Positions 63,340 through 64,000 of a DNA stretch of 64,000 nt are shown here, in pieces (positions within the stretch are counted from its first letter, which is position 1; each line of letters starts with the position of its first letter). The translations under genes and the position numbers were made by a program. Origin of the DNA: Candidatus Liptonbacteria bacterium (GTDB taxonomy: Bacteria > Patescibacteriota > Minisyncoccia > UBA6257 > 2-01-FULL-56-20); the NCBI GenBank assembly GCA_016867315.1, contig VGJV01000001.1, positions 130,649-194,648 on the forward strand, written 5' to 3'. Under the pieces are notes generated by a model, which did not search any database, was not told the origin of the DNA, and saw only the letters and a program-made list of their open reading frames with translations.

Positions 63340-64000
63340 ATGAATAACTCGCTCAAAGCACAAGATCCGGAATTAGCTTCTGTTATAGAAGAGGAAAAGA
63401 ATCGTCAACGAGATGGTTTGGAGCTCATTGCTTCCGAAAATTATGTGTCTGTTGCGGTTTTGGAAGCTATGGGGACCGTGCTTACGAATAAGTATTCCGA
63501 AGGATATCCAGGTAAGCGTTATTACGGCGGCAATGAGGTGATCGATAAGGCGGAGACGCTCGCGATCGAACGAGCGAAGCGGCTTTTCGGGGCGGAGCAT
63601 GTAAACGTACAGCCTCTCTCGGGGAGTCCGGCGAATCTTGCGGTGTATATGGCATTGCTTCAGCCAGGGGATAAGGTATTGGGATTCTCTCTAGACCAAG
63701 GGGGGCATCTTTCTCATGGGCACCCGCTTAACTTTTCAGGAAAGCTTTACACTATCATTCCCTACATGGTGAAAAAGGATACGGAGATTATCGATATGGA
63801 CGAAGTCGAAGCGATCGCACTTCGCGAGAAGCCCAAGATGATCCTTGCTGGATTTTCAGCATACAGCCGGAGTATGGATTGGAAACGCTTCAGAGAGATC
63901 GCGGATAAAATAGGAGCGTTTACTTTCGCAGACATTGCGCATGTGGCGGGACTTATTGCCGGGAAACAGTTAGAGAGCCCGGTTCCTTATTTCGATGTGG
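63340..64000 (+). CDS. glyA: Serine hydroxymethyltransferase (runs off the window end)
   Basis: Hand translation: [52 protein letters not shown]. Confidence 0.96.
   Translation, partial: MNNSLKAQDPELASVIEEEKNRQRDGLELIASENYVSVAVLEAMGTVLTNKYSEGYPGKRYYGGNEVIDKAETLAIERAKRLFGAEHVNVQPLSGSPANLAVYMALLQPGDKVLGFSLDQGGHLSHGHPLNFSGKLYTIIPYMVKKDTEIIDMDEVEAIALREKPKMILAGFSAYSRSMDWKRFREIADKIGAFTFADIAHVAGLIAGKQLESPVPYFDV

Overview
Chromosomal window from a bacterium whose gene content and style suggest Patescibacteria/CPR (Parcubacteria-like; inferred, not proven). It spans the replication origin region (dnaN-oriC-dnaA / rpmH-rnpA-yidC-jag). It carries many housekeeping genes (ruvABC, polA, holA, pyrG, murE, PBP1A, rsmA, pcrA, comM, nusA, hppA, clpP, tyrS, ftsH, dut, glyA), a 14-kb VirB4/PrgI/VirB6/pilin type IV secretion-like operon and three tRNAs (Gly-TCC, Ile-TAT, His-GTG). 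The main unexplained structures are: (1) a family of 7-bp tandem arrays (AGCTTTA-type) that flank a four-helix-bundle gene in inverted orientation and are also embedded in-frame in rsmA and pcrA; (2) two nuclease-like genes whose stop codons lie inside the 5' ends of tRNA genes; (3) a 272-bp MITE-like element with 25-bp terminal inverted repeats; (4) several promoter-driven, highly structured non-coding regions; (5) DnaA boxes on the start of the T4SS-like operon; and (6) many apparently leaderless genes. All calls come from reading the sequence and translations; no searches or folding programs were run.
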